DNA of 64,000 nucleotides from the human T2T-CHM13v2.0 reference genome, Homo sapiens. Numbering within the stretch: position 1 is the stretch's first letter; each line of letters opens with the position of its first letter. The translations under genes were made by a program, and so were the position numbers. Under the pieces are notes generated by a model. It saw only the letters and a program-made list of their open reading frames with translations, ran no database searches and had not been told where the DNA came from. The stretch lies in NCBI RefSeq assembly GCF_009914755.1, contig NC_060940.1; one strand, given 5' to 3'. Positions 1-13,864 of this stretch are shown here, one piece after another.

Positions 1-519
1 GTTCTAGAAGAATGTGTCATTGTCAGTAATTGGAATTACTGACAGATCCAGTTGAAGTAAGGGGAAAACCACAAAGAGTCTGTACTCTTAAAACTGCAAT
101 AATAGAGTCAAGGAGTCTTACGGGACGAGCCATGAGTCTTGTTAAGAATTTGGGCATGTATCTCTTCCGGTTGTCCTGATTATGTAAGTCCCTTCTTCAC
201 CCTAATAACACTGTATTGAGAAAAACTTCAAGTGCATTATGCCCCCAGGATGAAGCTATACCTTGTTAACAAAAGCTGTGCCTATAGAAAGGGATTGGAG
301 TGGAGTTTGGGAAGGCATTGTATAGAGGACAAATGATGAGTCTCACCAGACAGGGCTCAGGTGGTAAATGAAAGGGATGTACTGAGCCTGTACTCTTGAG
401 AGCATTTTGGGCACAGTACCTGGCTGCTGCTTCTATCACCAGTATGGTCCCAAGCACCAGCCCTGCCTGCCCCTATCACTTCTTGAAAGGCAACCCAAGA
501 GGAGAAGTGGACGGGAGCT

Positions 520-725
520 GACACCAGGCAGGGGTTAAATTGTTTATATGCATCATCTTGTTTAATTTTTAAGACAACCCTATAGGTACAGTACTTTTGT
601 TTATCTCCATTTCACAGAGAAGGAAATGGAGGCACAGAAAGGTGGGTAGGTTGCCCACCTAAGTGATAGAGCTAAAATTCAAACCAGGCAGCCTGATTCC
701 AAAGCCCACACTCTTGGCCACTACA
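520..725 (-). mobile_element. MIR SINE
   Basis: Reverse-strand MIR core (ccatttcacagagaaggaaatggaggcacagaaagg...attcaaaccaggcagcctgattccaaagccc). Confidence 0.75.
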
Positions 726-1114
726 TAAAAGATTCTTCACCAGAATGACCTTGGTACCACAGGTTCATGATCAGAAAGTGATGATACCTCTATCTGGGGA
801 CTTGGAAACATCCATAGCTCCTTCAATGAGCCCAGGACAATCTTTCACCATCGTGAGAGTGAGCAAAGATGTCTCAAGTGATGCCCTTTGTGGTTAAGCA
901 TCATGAGGCTGTTGCATTCCCTGCTGGTAGGGAAATTGGAGGTACGTGCACATTCCATCCCTTGCAATTCTGTACCTTCCATTTGCAGCATGAGAATAAA
1001 CAACAAGTTGAAATGTGTTTATAAGAGTGAAGCATCAACTTCCAAATCCAGCTGACCTGTGTGGGTTAAAGGACTTAGCAAAGAGAAACAAGTACCTACA
1101 ATTTTATGGCTCCG

Positions 1115-1540
1115 ATGCCTCTCAGCTTTGGCTGCAATTTGGAAGTACCCAAGGAGCTTTAAAAACTACTGAAGCTGGGGTCCCATGCCCTGAGTTTCTG
1201 TTTTGATTTGTCTGCACTGTGCCCTAGGATGGAGGGAAGTTGTAAAGTTCCCCTAGGTGATTATAGTATGCAGTCAAGTTTGAGAACCACTGGACTTAGC
1301 CTCTCTTGGGATCTCAGAATAAGTTTGGGTGGGTAGGCTTCTAGAATAAAGCAGTGCCTCTAAAGACGTGGTCTGTGGACCCCCTGACATCAGAATCACC
1401 TGGGAATCTGCTTAAACATGTGCATACTAGGCTCTATCCCTAAATTTAGATTCAGTATTTCTGGGGAATATCCCAGGAATCCACATATTTAACAAGTTAT
1501 CTGGGTGATTCTGTGCTCACTGAAGTTTGGGACCCTAGAG
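1115..1540. mobile_element. Two adjacent MER5-family (hAT-Charlie) DNA element fragments
   Basis: MER5 motifs aagtttgagaaccactg and catcagaatcacctgggaa...ggtgattctgtgctcactgaagtttg. Confidence 0.7.
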
Positions 1541-1644
1541 AATAGAGAGTAGTCAAAGCCTGTGGCTGGTTTTAATTATGGTGGAGAAGCAGAAGGAAAA
1601 ATGTGCTCAGAGGCAGAGGCAAGCTGAAGAAACTCAGTGACAAG

Positions 1645-1653
<9 letters not shown>

Positions 1654-1677
<24 letters not shown>

Positions 1678-1966
1678 TTGAGACAGAGTCTCTTTTCGTT
1701 GCCCAGGCCCAGGCTGGAGTACAGTGGCCCAAGCTCGGCTTACTGCAACCTCCTCCTCCCTAGTTCAAGAGATTCCCCTCCCTCAGCCTCCCAAGTAGCT
1801 GGGATTACAGGCACCCACCGCCACGTCTGGCTAGTTTTTGTATTGTTAGTAGAGATGGGGTTTCACCATGTTGGCCAAGCTGGTCTCAAACTCCTGACCT
1901 CAAATGATTCACTCGCCTTGGCCTACCAAAATGCTGGGATTACAGGTGTGAGCCACCGTGCCCAGT
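1654..1966 (-). mobile_element. AluS
   Basis: Poly(T) followed by a full reverse-strand Alu dimer. Confidence 0.95.
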
Positions 1967-2349
1967 CAAGATCCCGTAATTCTTCAGCATTCCTGATACC
2001 TAGGGAAAGATGGAAAGTGCTTGCAGGCAAGGCCCATGGAAGACAGAAAAATCATTTATAGACTGCAGTCTCTAAAGACACAGGAGTGTTTTACCACATG
2101 CTGATATCATGCAGGGTTGGTCTGGGGAAGGGATTCTGAAGCCAGGGGAGGTGGTTTTGGCCAATGAAGTCCTGGCTCAATGGAATCACTTCTTCCCTCT
2201 CAGCCTGACAAAGCAAAGTGGGCTAGTCCCATCTTCCTTACCTCCAAAACCAGTACAGCATTAAGAAATTCCTAATCTACCGTGACGTGTGAGGGCCAAA
2301 AAAGTGGGCCTAGAGGTGAAAAATGGATCATAGACAAAATATTAGACAT

Positions 2350-3603
2350 CCTTCACCCTTTGTCAAAATTAAAAGCTTTTATTCATCAAAGGGCACTATT
2401 AAGAAGTGAAAATACGACCAGCCTGGCCAACATGGTGAAACCGCATCTCTACTAAAAATAGAAAAAAAAAAAATTAGCCGGGCAACAGCAGCACGTGCCT
2501 GTAATCCCAGCTACTCAGGAGGCTGAGGCAGGAGAATCACTTGAGCCTGGGAGGCGGAGGTTGCAGTGAGTGAGCTGAGATCGTGCCACTGCACTCCAAT
2601 CTGTGTGACAGAGTGAGACCCCCGTCACAAAAAAAAAAAAAAACGAAGTGAAAACACGACACACAGAAAATATTTGCAAATTATATATCTCATAAAAGTC
2701 TAGTATCCAGGGTACATAGAGAACACTCACAACTCAACAATAGAAAGGCGACTCCGTTTTTTAAAAAGGCAAAGGGTCTCAATAGACATTTCTTACAAGA
2801 TGGCATACAAATAGCCACTAAGCACATGAAAATATGCTCAATACAAACAGTGATTAGAGAAATGCAAATCAAAATCACAATCAGATAGCACTTCACACTC
2901 ACCAGGATGGCTAAATTCAGAAGAATGGAAATAACAAATGTTGACCAGGATGTGGAGAAATAAGAAACCCTGTACACTGATTGCGAGAATGTAAAATGGT
3001 ACAGCTGCTATGGAAAACAGTACGACAGTTCTTCAAAAAGCTACACATAGAACTCCTATATGATCCAGCAATCCCATTTCTAGGTATGTATATACCCAAG
3101 AGAACTGAAAACAGATGTTCAAACAATAACTTGTATGTAAGTGTTCATAGCAGCATTACCGATAGCAGCCAAAAACTGGAAACAATCTAAACATCCTACA
3201 ATCAATGAAGGGTAAACAAGATATGATATGGCCATTCAATGGAATGTTATACACCCATAAAAAGGAATGAAGTACTGATACCTTCTACAACATGGATGGG
3301 CATTGAAGACATTATGCTAAGTGAAGGAAACCAGACGCAAAAGGCCACGTATTATACAATTCCATTTACATGAAATTTCCAGAATAGGCAAATCCATAGA
3401 GACAAAAAGTAGATCCATGGTTTCTAGGGCTGGGGACAAAGGGAGACAGAGTGACGGCTAAAAATATGAGGTTTCTTTTTGTGGTTTTGGAACTGTTCTA
3501 GAATTAGGGAGTGGTGATGGTTGCACAATATAGTCAATATACCAAAAAGCATTGAACTGTGAACTTTAACATGATAAATTTTATGTGAATTATATCTCAA
3601 AAA
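2350..3603 (+). mobile_element. L1MB-type 3' fragment (end of ORF2 plus 3'UTR), interrupted by an Alu
   Basis: L1M motifs gaaatgcaaatcaaaatcacaa, atgatccagcaatcccatttctaggtat, atgtgaattatatctcaa. Confidence 0.85.
2419..2644 (+). mobile_element. 5'-truncated AluS inside L1MB
   Basis: Starts at (gac)cagcctggccaacatgg and has an A-tail; TSD gaagtgaaaa[t/c]acgac at 2403-2418 and 2645-2660. Confidence 0.92.
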
Positions 3604-4049
3604 CATGTAAACGTAAGACTAGGTATCACTTATTGACCAATTTCTCCTTGCTGGCCTAAGTGCTATTATACATAGATAAAATTTCTGGCTCAATCCTTCA
3701 AAGAATCCTCCAATGAAGGAGTTTCCATTATTATCAAAGGACAGCCCAGTGTAGGCATTGAGAATGTGGTTCTGACGCCAGGCCACATGGGTTAAAATCT
3801 CAGCCCTGAACTTGCTGGGACTTTGCATGGGTCCTCACCTATGCAGTTTCCTCATCTGCATGTCGGGGAATATAATGGTATCCAGTACCTGGCGCGTAGT
3901 CAGCACCTAGTACATTTTGGTTGATCACTTAAAGGTCCTCCTCCCTCCTTCCCTTTCATCCTGAGTTTGAGAGTTTCACAGTCATACTAAATCAGATTAG
4001 GAAACTGAGCCCTAGAGAAATGACGTGACTTGTCTAAAGTCCCGTATCA

Positions 4050-4330
4050 CAAAAAGATAAATTTGTATGCCTCTACTTATATGGGATACCTAAAATAGGC
4101 AAATTTATAGAGACAGAAAGTAGAATAGTGGTTACCAGGGACCAAGCAGCGGGGCGGAATGGAGAGTGATTGCAAGTAAGTACAGAGACTCGATTTGGAA
4201 CGATGGAAAAGTTCTGGAGATGGATACTGATGATGATTGCACAACAATGTGAATGTACTTAACGCCACTGAACTTAAAAATGGTTAGAATAGTAAATTTT
4301 AGGTTATATATATTCTACCACAATAAAAAG
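4050..4330 (+). mobile_element. L1M 3'-end fragment
   Basis: atagagacagaaagtagaatagtggttaccaggg...gatgattgcacaacaatgtgaatgtacttaacgccactgaact. Confidence 0.8.
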
Positions 4331-5536
4331 GAACCAGTCCATCAAAATGAGTGTCATCCAGGACAGTCACCCTACAGGGCACCTTGATGACACATATCAA
4401 AGTCTTAAAAATAAGCCCTTTGACTAACACATTCTGTACTGGGAATTTCTCATAAGAAAATAATCAGACAAGTGTTAGAAGGACATTCATCTCGGCAATA
4501 TCTAAAATAATGCCTCTAGCTACTCTAAATATCCAAAATAGAGAATTAAATATAATTAATATGCTAAAAATTTAAAAATTAAAAAATAAAATCCTATAAC
4601 TAGTGTGTATAACTCTGGGCTCTGAACCCAGACAGAGGGACTCCAGAAATTCCCTTAGCCACTGTGCTTCTAGACAGTGAGAAAATCCAAACCACTCCCT
4701 TTTTCAATGCAAGGAAGTTCATTCCGAGACCCATCTGCAAGAGTGAAAAATGCGCCCATTGTGCTACCTGTAAAAAGCATGGCAAAATGTGAATGTTCCT
4801 TAGGATCGGACATAGAGCTAACCAGACCATTCTCCCAACCCAGCACCTGGGACATCAGGAAGCAAAGTGGGTTGAGGATCCCATCCCCATAGGCCTTCCT
4901 CCGAGTCACTGGTGCAAAGTCTGTCCTGCTGCTTGTGTTTGTTTACCCTCTTTCCTGCATTAGGTACTGCTAAGCTTTGCAAATTAACTCACAACAGGAT
5001 CCAGTAGGCCTTGACCCAAAAACCATCCACAGGAGAATGTTCACGAGGCAACACCTGCTGCATCCATCCCACAAAACCCCTAGCCACAATGCCAAGTTTG
5101 TATCCAGAGTGGCGACGGTGGGGACCTAAAAGCTAAAACAAGAGCTCAGCAGGGTTAGTGTCTGCCATAAACTCTTACCAGGCAAGGCAGGGTGGAGACA
5201 CATGTCCGTGGCCCTCCCAAGCACTAGGATCTGTATGATGCTCCTCATCTAAGAGATGAGTTTGGTTTAAATTTGAACTCAAACTGTATTCTTGTCATAG
5301 ACAATCCAGAGCACTCTTTGGGGTGTGGCTCTGAGACACACAAGGAGCAAAACACCCAAGTTCTACCTCAAGCAGCTCATAGTCTGGAGGAGAAAGAGCT
5401 ATGACGACTGAACAAATGCAGAAAGTAAATATGGAAGAGTCGAGAGCACTGTGAACATTACATCTGCAGCTACCTACACTTCTGAAAAGCCAGACTCAAA
5501 CATCCAAGTCTCTCCTTGCATCTCCACCAGGATATG

Positions 5537-6015
5537 TGTGTAGTAGTCAGAGCACTGGTCCCCAACAAGGTCCACACCCTAATTCCTGGAACCTGTGAGC
5601 ATGTTACCTTACACAGCAAAGGGGACTTGGCAAATGTGATTCAGTTAAAGATCTTCAGAGGGGAATTTATCCTGGATGTCCTGCGTGGGGCCAATATCAT
5701 CACCAGGGTCACAAGTGCAGAACCTTTCCTGGCTTTGGGTAGAAAGAGATGTGACTTCAGAAGAAAGGCACAGAGGAATGCAATGTTGCTGGCACTGGAG
5801 ATGGAGGAAGCGACCACAAGCCAAAGGGTACAGGCAGCCTCTAAAAGCTGGAAAGGCCAGTAAATGGATTCTCCCCTGCAGCCTCCAGAAAGAACACAGC
5901 ACTGCACCTTGATTTTAGCCCAGTGAGATGTGGGTGAACAGTAGGATTATAAATTGATGTGTTTTAAGCCACTGTGTGTAATTTGTTATAGCAGCAAAGG
6001 GAAAAAATACTAATA
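5537..6015 (+). mobile_element. MLT1D-like MaLR solo LTR
   Basis: ccctaattcctggaacctgtgagcatgttaccttac...gtaatttgttatagcagcaa...aaactaata. Confidence 0.8.
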
Positions 6016-6019
6016 GGAT

Positions 6020-6630
6020 GTGTAACAGGCATCTCAAGTCTATCATCCATCTCAGCCACATTAGCCCCTGACTTCGTTGCTGAGGCCAAACATTTTGGTG
6101 GCATCTCCAACTCTCCTCTTTCTCTCATTCTGCACAAATCCATCAGTAAACCCAGTACATCCCACACTCTCACCACTGCCACTACAAGTTTGGTCCATGC
6201 CACCTCTCACCTGGATGACTTCTGTTTCCACCTGTGTCCTCTTACAATCCAGTATCAACAGTGAAGCCAGAATGGCCCCATTAGTCCATGTTTATTATCT
6301 GCCCCAAACCCTGCAATGGTGTTTCAGGCAAGACCTTGCACAGTCCTACAAGGCCCTTTAGAGTTTGGCCTCCGGTTACCTTTCTGCCCTCATCTCCTTC
6401 CATCCCCAAGCCAGCTTGGCCTCTTAAATGCTTCTGAAACACACTGGAAAACACCCCCACCTCAGGGCCTTTGCATATGCTATTTTCTCTCCTTGGAATG
6501 CTCTTCTACATAGCCCACTCCCTTTGAAGCCTCTTTAGGGTCTTTATCCAAATACCATTTTTTTTGGTGATACCTTCCGTGGCATCATATTTAAGACTGC
6601 AGCCTTATCTCTGACGTTTCTTGTCTCCAA
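6020..6630 (+). mobile_element. L2 fragment
   Basis: L2 motifs aggcatctcaa and cctcagggcctttgcatatgctattttctctccttggaatgctctt. Confidence 0.7.
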
Positions 6631-8134
6631 GGTAAACTCAGGCCTGGATCAGACAGCTCTGCTTTTAGCCATCCACGTGAACCAGGATAAGGTATTTCTC
6701 TCTCTAAGCCTCTGTTTCCTCATCTGCAAAATGCGGTTGTGGTAAGGGCTGAATACCATTGTGGTGATGGTTCCACAGGTATATGCCTACATCAGCACTC
6801 ATCCAGCTGTGCGGTTTATTGCATGTCAATGCCTCAATAAAGCTGTTAAATTAGAAAATGTTAGTAATAATAATGACAACAACAATAATGAAGTGCTTAG
6901 TCCACGGATTGAAACATCTTCATAACATGTGAGACACTGTTGCTCTGTGGTCCAGTGTGATGAACAAACACCACAGAGCTTTACCAGCCAAGTGCCTGGA
7001 ACCGTGCTGGGGAAATGACAGCCTCGTCTGTTCCTCGTGACCACACTCTCGGTGGGTATAATGCCCACTTCACAGGTGGACAAAGTGAGACTCAGGAGCC
7101 ACACATGTAGAATGTTCTAGAACACAGAAAGTCCTCTTTCCAGCATGTCCTTGTGGCAGATTAGGCAAGACAAGGGGGGAAAAGCAGAGTCCAGGGGGAG
7201 GCAAATTGAGATGCAGGAGGGAAGGAGATAAGAGCAATAGGGAATCCTCAGAGCACCTGGCAGGCCCCCAGCCCCTGGGGGCAGGAGAAGCCAGGCCACG
7301 TAGTCATGTCCCCATGGAGAATGCAGCTGCTCCTCTGTGCTCTGCCCTCGGTTGCTACTGCCCTGCGAGGCAACCTCGAGGCTGGGAATCTCCTCCTTTC
7401 TCTGTCTGCAGCAGCTGCAGTGAAACAAAGGGCACAGCCCCCTTCAGGCCAAGAGAGGTGAGAAGCTGCTGGGGAGCTGATGTCACCACTACCCCCTCCG
7501 AAGCCCATCCATGGGGCACAGTGCACTCCACTGGCAGATCCCGGAAAGGGAGCATGCTGACTGACTGGCTGACTGACTGCCTGCCACATCACCGTCTCTG
7601 CATTGCAATTGCAAACACTGTTGTGCATTCTGAATCCCCAGTGTCTTTCTGTTTTTCACCAGCCATGATCATGACAGTGACAACAATAACAATACAGCCT
7701 TATGCTCATAGCTCCATTCATTCAAACAGCCATGCAACAACACCTGAGATTTGTTGTGCATCTGTGAGGACTGAAGGTCCGAGCTCCTTCCTCCAACCAC
7801 CCATACCACACTCACTGAGGACTCACTAGGTGTCAGGCACCATCTTAGCACAAATAAGATACACAAGGCCTGTGCCTTTGGGAGCTTAATTTCTAGTAGG
7901 GACTGGAGGAGAGGGGCATATGGATAATAACAACCAAAAAAAATGGTAATGTCACAGTATGATAAAGGCTGTGAAAGAAATAAAGTGCAAGCTAGAGAAT
8001 AATAGGAGAGAACTGACTGGGTAGTCAGGGAAGGCCTCTTAAGGAGTTGGCCTTTAAGGGGAGACCTGAAGAATGAGATGGAGACAATGCAGCCATGTTT
8101 CAGGCAGAGGAAAACGCTAAGCCCATGGGGTAGG

Positions 8135-8505
8135 CACTATGGTCTGAATGTCTGTATCCCTCCAAAATTCAGATGTTAAAACCTAATCCTCAATGTGATG
8201 GTGTTAGGAGGTAGGGCCCTTGGGAGGTGATTAGGTCATGAGGGCCAAGCCCTCATAAATGATATTCATGCCCTGATAAAAGAGGCTCCAGAGAGATCAA
8301 CGGCCCCTTCCATTACCAATGAAGAACAAAACAAAATGATGACAGCCATCTATGAAAAAGGAAGCAGGCCCTCACCAGACATGAATCTTCTGGTGCCTTG
8401 ACCCTGGACTTAAGCAGCCTACAGAACTATAAGAAATAGATGTTTGTTGCTTACAAGCTACCCAGTTTATGACATTTTGCTATAGCAGCCCAAACAGACT
8501 AAGAA
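8135..8505 (+). mobile_element. MLT1A0-like MaLR solo LTR inserted in a reverse-strand L2
   Basis: ctatggtctgaatgtctgtatccctccaaaattc...ttttgctatagcagcccaaacagactaaga. Confidence 0.85.
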
Positions 8506-10924
8506 AGCAGGAAAGAGCTTGGCACAGGCTGGGAAGAAGTGACAGAAAGAAGGTTGCTATGATAACGCAATGGTGTAATCAGTGTGATTTTTATGTGTTT
8601 GTATCAGAGAACCCTGGGTGCAATTCCTGTATGAAGAATTGCATGAGCACTTTGTATGAGAATGAGCAAGTTACCCTCTGTGCAATGCTGCTCTCAGCGA
8701 GCAAATAAGAATGATCATGGAACTGAATTGATGGCACTTTTGTGCATATTAATCAAATTGATTCATGTAAAGTACTTAATACACCACATACAGTAAGTGC
8801 TTAATAAATGCCAATTACTGTTCTTATCATCTCCCTGCCTGGTTGCCACAACAGCAGAGTATATTCAGGGCTTAGCACTGAGATCTGATTTGCCTCTGTA
8901 AGGTCCCCTGTTAAGTTTCTTGCTGTGGTTCTCACTCCCAAGGCAGTCATCAAATATTTGTTGAATGAGCAAATAAATCAATGAATGGGTTTCCTGATTA
9001 CCTTATCTTTAAGCCACCAAAAGGCACCTTTTTATGATTAGGCTTCCTTTGCAAGCAATGTGACTCTGCCAGGCCCTGGGCTTTTGCAGAAAGCGAAGGT
9101 GGAAGGGAGATGGTTATTAGCCACTGTCTCTGCAAACGACAAGCCATCTGCACCCCGTTACCTAAGCATAGACCTCTGTGGGTGCCAAACTTCAGAGCCC
9201 AGAAAGTTGGAAGGGATTCCGAGCTTGGATCCCTCAGGCTAGGCTATTCTTGGAAGCCGAGCAACACGCCTGCCACAGGGAAATGAGTCATGCAGAGGCT
9301 GAAGGCTTGATGGATTTCTCCACGGCAGCAGCTATTTATCAGGGTAGATCTATACACCACAGAACACAAAGGGAGCGATGGAGTACAGATGAGCGCTACT
9401 TAAAGCAATATCACCCTCACCTTGTATTGCAGATCCTTGTATTGCAGCCAGATGACAATGCCTGGGACCCTCTTACCATCCAAACACCCACCTCAAGGAG
9501 GCCCAGCCCTGTCATATGACTGTCCCCATTATACTTGAACAGCCTTTGAAGGGCTTTCAAAGTGTTTCCCAGCCACATCTCCACCCTCCAAGCTCAGGTA
9601 GCCCATTCCTTCATTCCCGTCTCGAATGTTCTGCCCCAGTGAATATCTTCGCCTCCCTGTTAGACTCTGAGATCTTGTACTGCAGAATCCACTGTTGCTC
9701 ATACAATTCTGAGTTGTACCTGAGGGCAGAATCAGAGTGGTCTTTTTGCCTTTTGTGTTTGCAGAGTCCCAACTGCAGAAGAGAGTGACATGCCATAAAC
9801 AGGTCAAATGTCGTTAATATAAATATCTACCATGGGGCAATTTCCGAGGCTCTTACATGCTTCGTCCTGAGGTTAGCATGAGGCAACTGCACTCACTGCT
9901 ACGCCTTCCCACACTTATTCTAAGGGACAGCCAGCTAGGATGGAGTGGGAGCTGATGCCCTGGATTAAGGTGCCTGGTTAATTCCACTTGCCTGGTTTCC
10001 TTTGTTCTCAAACTCTGCCTGGAGATGAAGCTATTGCGAAGTCAGTCTCAGCTTGTGCTTCTAAGTTCTGCTCCTTACATATGCCCCCAGAAAGTTGTTC
10101 CAAGTGAAGGCAGCTTAATTAAAAACCACATTCAATCAAACTGTCACTTTGTTTATGAAAAAGTGTCTAGTGGCTGGAAATGGCAAGAACAAGCACTGAA
10201 GATTAATGCTCTAAATTTTTTCTGATTAAAAGTATGATTGAGGCATTAAGAAAGCTAGCTCCATGAACCCAGGGCAGGCCTTAAGCCCAACATTTTGCCA
10301 TCTTCAAATACAACTGGGGATAGTTGTAAAAACAAATAGAACTTCTCTCTGCCTAGAGGTTTCCTTTCATGAAGATAAAGTTTCTAGCTGGAACTGGCTG
10401 TTTTTGCAGGGAAGCACACATGAGACAAGCTTTTTGGAGTCTCTCCAATACCTGCCTGTTTCATAAATGGCACAGTCTCCAAATCTGATGCTCACTGGAC
10501 CAGGGTCAGGCTATGGAACTGATTAAAATAAGTAGGAACCTCCAAGGCCCTATGTCCCTACTCTCCATTTTCAGATTGGTAAGCTGAGACCTATGTACTG
10601 GAAAAATAAGCTCAAGGGCTCCAAGTAGAAATAGTTGTAGTCCTGGAGTCAGCCTTGGGTTTAGCTCCACTTCCAAAATGTGTCAACTTATAGAACCCTT
10701 ATTTTTTCATAGGGTTATGAAGCCACTGGTCTATTTTATCCAACAGAGAAATCAGCTCCAAGCAAATCCCACCTGGACACAGTGTCTTTGCCTGACTCCA
10801 GAAACAAGATGGCACTCTGTCTCCAGTGGTTCCACTTTACCTAGATTTGGAGCCTCCAAAACATTGTATGGCCACACTCCATCTCTGCCTACGATGGAAT
10901 TATGAGAGAGCTTTGGAAAATGGC

Positions 10925-11089
10925 TGTTCCAAAAGTGGTAGTCTTAACACAAAGATCAGGAAGAATATTTGATTTGGATTACCAGCCACAGCAGGCAGAA
11001 TTCTAAGATGTTCCCAAAGTGATAGTCTTAATCCACAGGAAGAATATTTGGTTTGGATTACCAGCCACAGTAGGCAAAATTCTAAGATG
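10925..11089 (+). repeat. ~84-bp imperfect tandem duplication
   Basis: 10925-11008 vs 11009-11089 (tgttcc.aaagtg.tagtcttaa...caggaagaatatttg.tttggattaccagccacag.aggca.aattctaagatg). Confidence 0.9.
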
Positions 11090-11490
11090 ACCACCAATGA
11101 CCCATGTCCTTGTGTGATCTCCTCCCCTTGAGTACAGGTGAACCTGTGAATATGATAGGACATCGCTTCTGTGATTATGTTACATCATATGGTAAAAGTG
11201 ACAAGATTTTGAAGATATCATTAAGTTCCCTAATCAGCTGACTTTGAGTTAATCAAAAGGGAGATTACCCAAGGTGGGCCTGGCCTCATCAGATGAGCCC
11301 TTTAAAAGAAGGCTTAAACCTTCCCTGTGCTCAGAGACTGGAAGCAGCAGAGCCCTCCTCCACTCTCCATCACTGGTTTTGAAGAAGGAGGCCTCTTTGA
11401 GTGGCCTCCTCATTTCCCATGAGATAATAAATGGGTGTCACCTGCTAAGTTGGTGGTCGGTTGTTACACAGCAATAGATAGCTGATACAC
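11067..11490 (+). mobile_element. MLT1E-like MaLR LTR
   Basis: gtaggcaaaattctaagatgacc...ccctaatcagctgactttgagttaatcaaaagggagatta...ttgttacacagcaatagatagctgataca. Confidence 0.75.
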
Positions 11491-12525
11491 AAGCCAAGAA
11501 CAAATAATACCTACAGCAGTCAAGATAGTGATGATGTCAGTGCCGAGATGAGAAACTAGCACCAGACATTCTCCCACATGGGCTTCCTTTAATAATAATA
11601 AAATAGAAAAATCTTCAAAACCTAACTGGCCCATTTTCTTTTCCTGTCATTCTTTTTTAAAATTAAAAGCCAACATGGGTACCCAGGGCTGACTTGATCA
11701 CAGCATGATTAAATGCACTTCCTCTAGAAGTTAGGGAAAAGAGGACTCAGTGAGCATAGGAAGAGGAACAAGTTTCTCTTTGCAAAAACATAAAAAAATA
11801 AAAAATTTTCAAAGAAAACATCCAAGTCTCAAACCTCAAACCTCAAACCACTTCATCCAAGAAGAAACCCCCACATTTGTCATTTGCAGAAGCTACAGTA
11901 GAGACAATGCAAACAGGAGCTAGTTCTGGGTGTGCAAATCTGTGACAGGTGTGCAAGGCACAACCAGTCCTTGCGTGATTTCTTCCAACCGCAGACTCCA
12001 CAAGTGCTTATGTACATGAGAAGACGTGTGTGGCCCCTGGGAGAAGGGAGCAACCATTAGGACACAATATTTAATGAAGTGCTAAACTGTGCATGGCTGG
12101 GTTTAAATGGTGACCTTTGAGTAAAGCCAGTTTGATCTCAGGACATTTCCTTTTCAGGAATTACTTGTATAGCTACCTGATGCAGTCAAGATAAAGATCT
12201 AAATCACTGAGTAAGGCCTATGAGGCCCACGTGCTTTCACCCTGACCTCTCTCTACCCTCTTCCCCTGCTACTCCTGTCTGCATCCTGGACTGAACTTAC
12301 CAAACACGCTCATAGAGCTGCTTCTCTTTACAATGTTCTTTTCTGCACCTCACCCCCGATCCCTACTCTCCTACCTGACGAATTTATCTTTCAAGACATG
12401 CTTTATAAAGTCACCTTCTCTAAGAAGTCTTCTTGAATTCTTTCTATGAAGAGTCCTTAGATAGCCCCAGCATGGCCTGTGCTCAGTTTCCTCATCTTTT
12501 CAACAGGGACAAAAATAGGCATTCA

Positions 12526-12822
<297 letters not shown>

Positions 12823-13451
12823 GGCATTCAGTTGTAAAAATTAACTAAGTTGACAAATATCAAAGGCTTAGAACCTGGTGACATGTCTTCAGCACACAGT
12901 AAACACTCAATGACTATTTATATTCTTTACTGAGCACCTACTAAGAACCAAATGTTGTGCCAGCCCCTTGAATACAAAACAGGCATAGTCTCTGCCCTTT
13001 TTCCCACTCAGCACTTTAAGCATGGGGCTGAGCTCACAGCCTCATACAGAGCAAACCCCTTTTCATGTCAGTCTTGCATGTAAGTGAGTCTTCTCTCCGA
13101 AAAACTGCTGCTGGGATAAAAGACTTCCTGGAACCTGGGGTCCAACACCAAGGCCACTAAGACCAAAAGACAACCCCAGTCTCTGACCTTATTTAGAATT
13201 CCTGTTCATAGGCGGCAAGAAAAAGAAAGATGTAACAATATGACCCCCAAGAAGGATATTCCCATTCTCTAGCAAAATCTCATTTTGGAATTGCATGTTG
13301 GGTGCCTGCCTCTTACTACCATGCCTCTTCTCAGCTGGTGTCATCTCCTCTGGGGAAGTTTTTCATCATCTTTGCTCAATTAGGAATTAATCTCCCTCAT
13401 CTGACTTTTCTAGTATGATTTTTCATTCATGTCTTAATCACCACCTGACAC

Positions 13452-13452
13452 T

Positions 13453-13495
<43 letters not shown>

Positions 13496-13498
13496 TTT
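13452..13498. repeat. (TTTA)n microsatellite within an L2 3' fragment
   Basis: Direct reading of about 11 TTTA units. Confidence 0.9.
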
Positions 13499-13864
13499 TC
13501 TGCCTCCAACCTCTGAAATGCAAGCTCCATAAGGGTAAAAGGATATGGAGTGAGCTTAATGTTCCACAACTGGGACCTAGGTCAGTGCCTGATACATAGT
13601 AGACAACAGTCTACTGACACATAGATCAATAAATATCTATTGCATAAATGATAATAGTGTTAGTAGCAGCCAACACTTTGATACAATTTCCTATGCACCA
13701 GGAACCATTCCAAGGGCCTTATGTATATTAACTCATATAATCCCTGCAACAACTCCCTGAGCTAGGTACTGTTGTCATTCCCATATTGGGAAGAAAGAAG
13801 CTTGGCAGGGAGAGTTTTGGTCACTTGTTCAGTTATATAGCCAGTGAGTTACAGAGTAAGGATT

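Noticed and set aside
1603-2061. 152-aa ORF and other Alu- or L1-like ORFs (21624, 23184, 26805, 34370, 44793, 62000)
   Set aside because: Translations of Alu or decayed L1 sequence.
7206-7829. 207-aa plus-strand ORF
   Set aside because: Non-ATG start, no recognisable domain, overlaps simple repeats.
9420-9447. Small 11-15 bp tandem duplications (also near 11829, 26800, 33861, 48364, 57472)
   Set aside because: Ordinary slippage micro-duplications.
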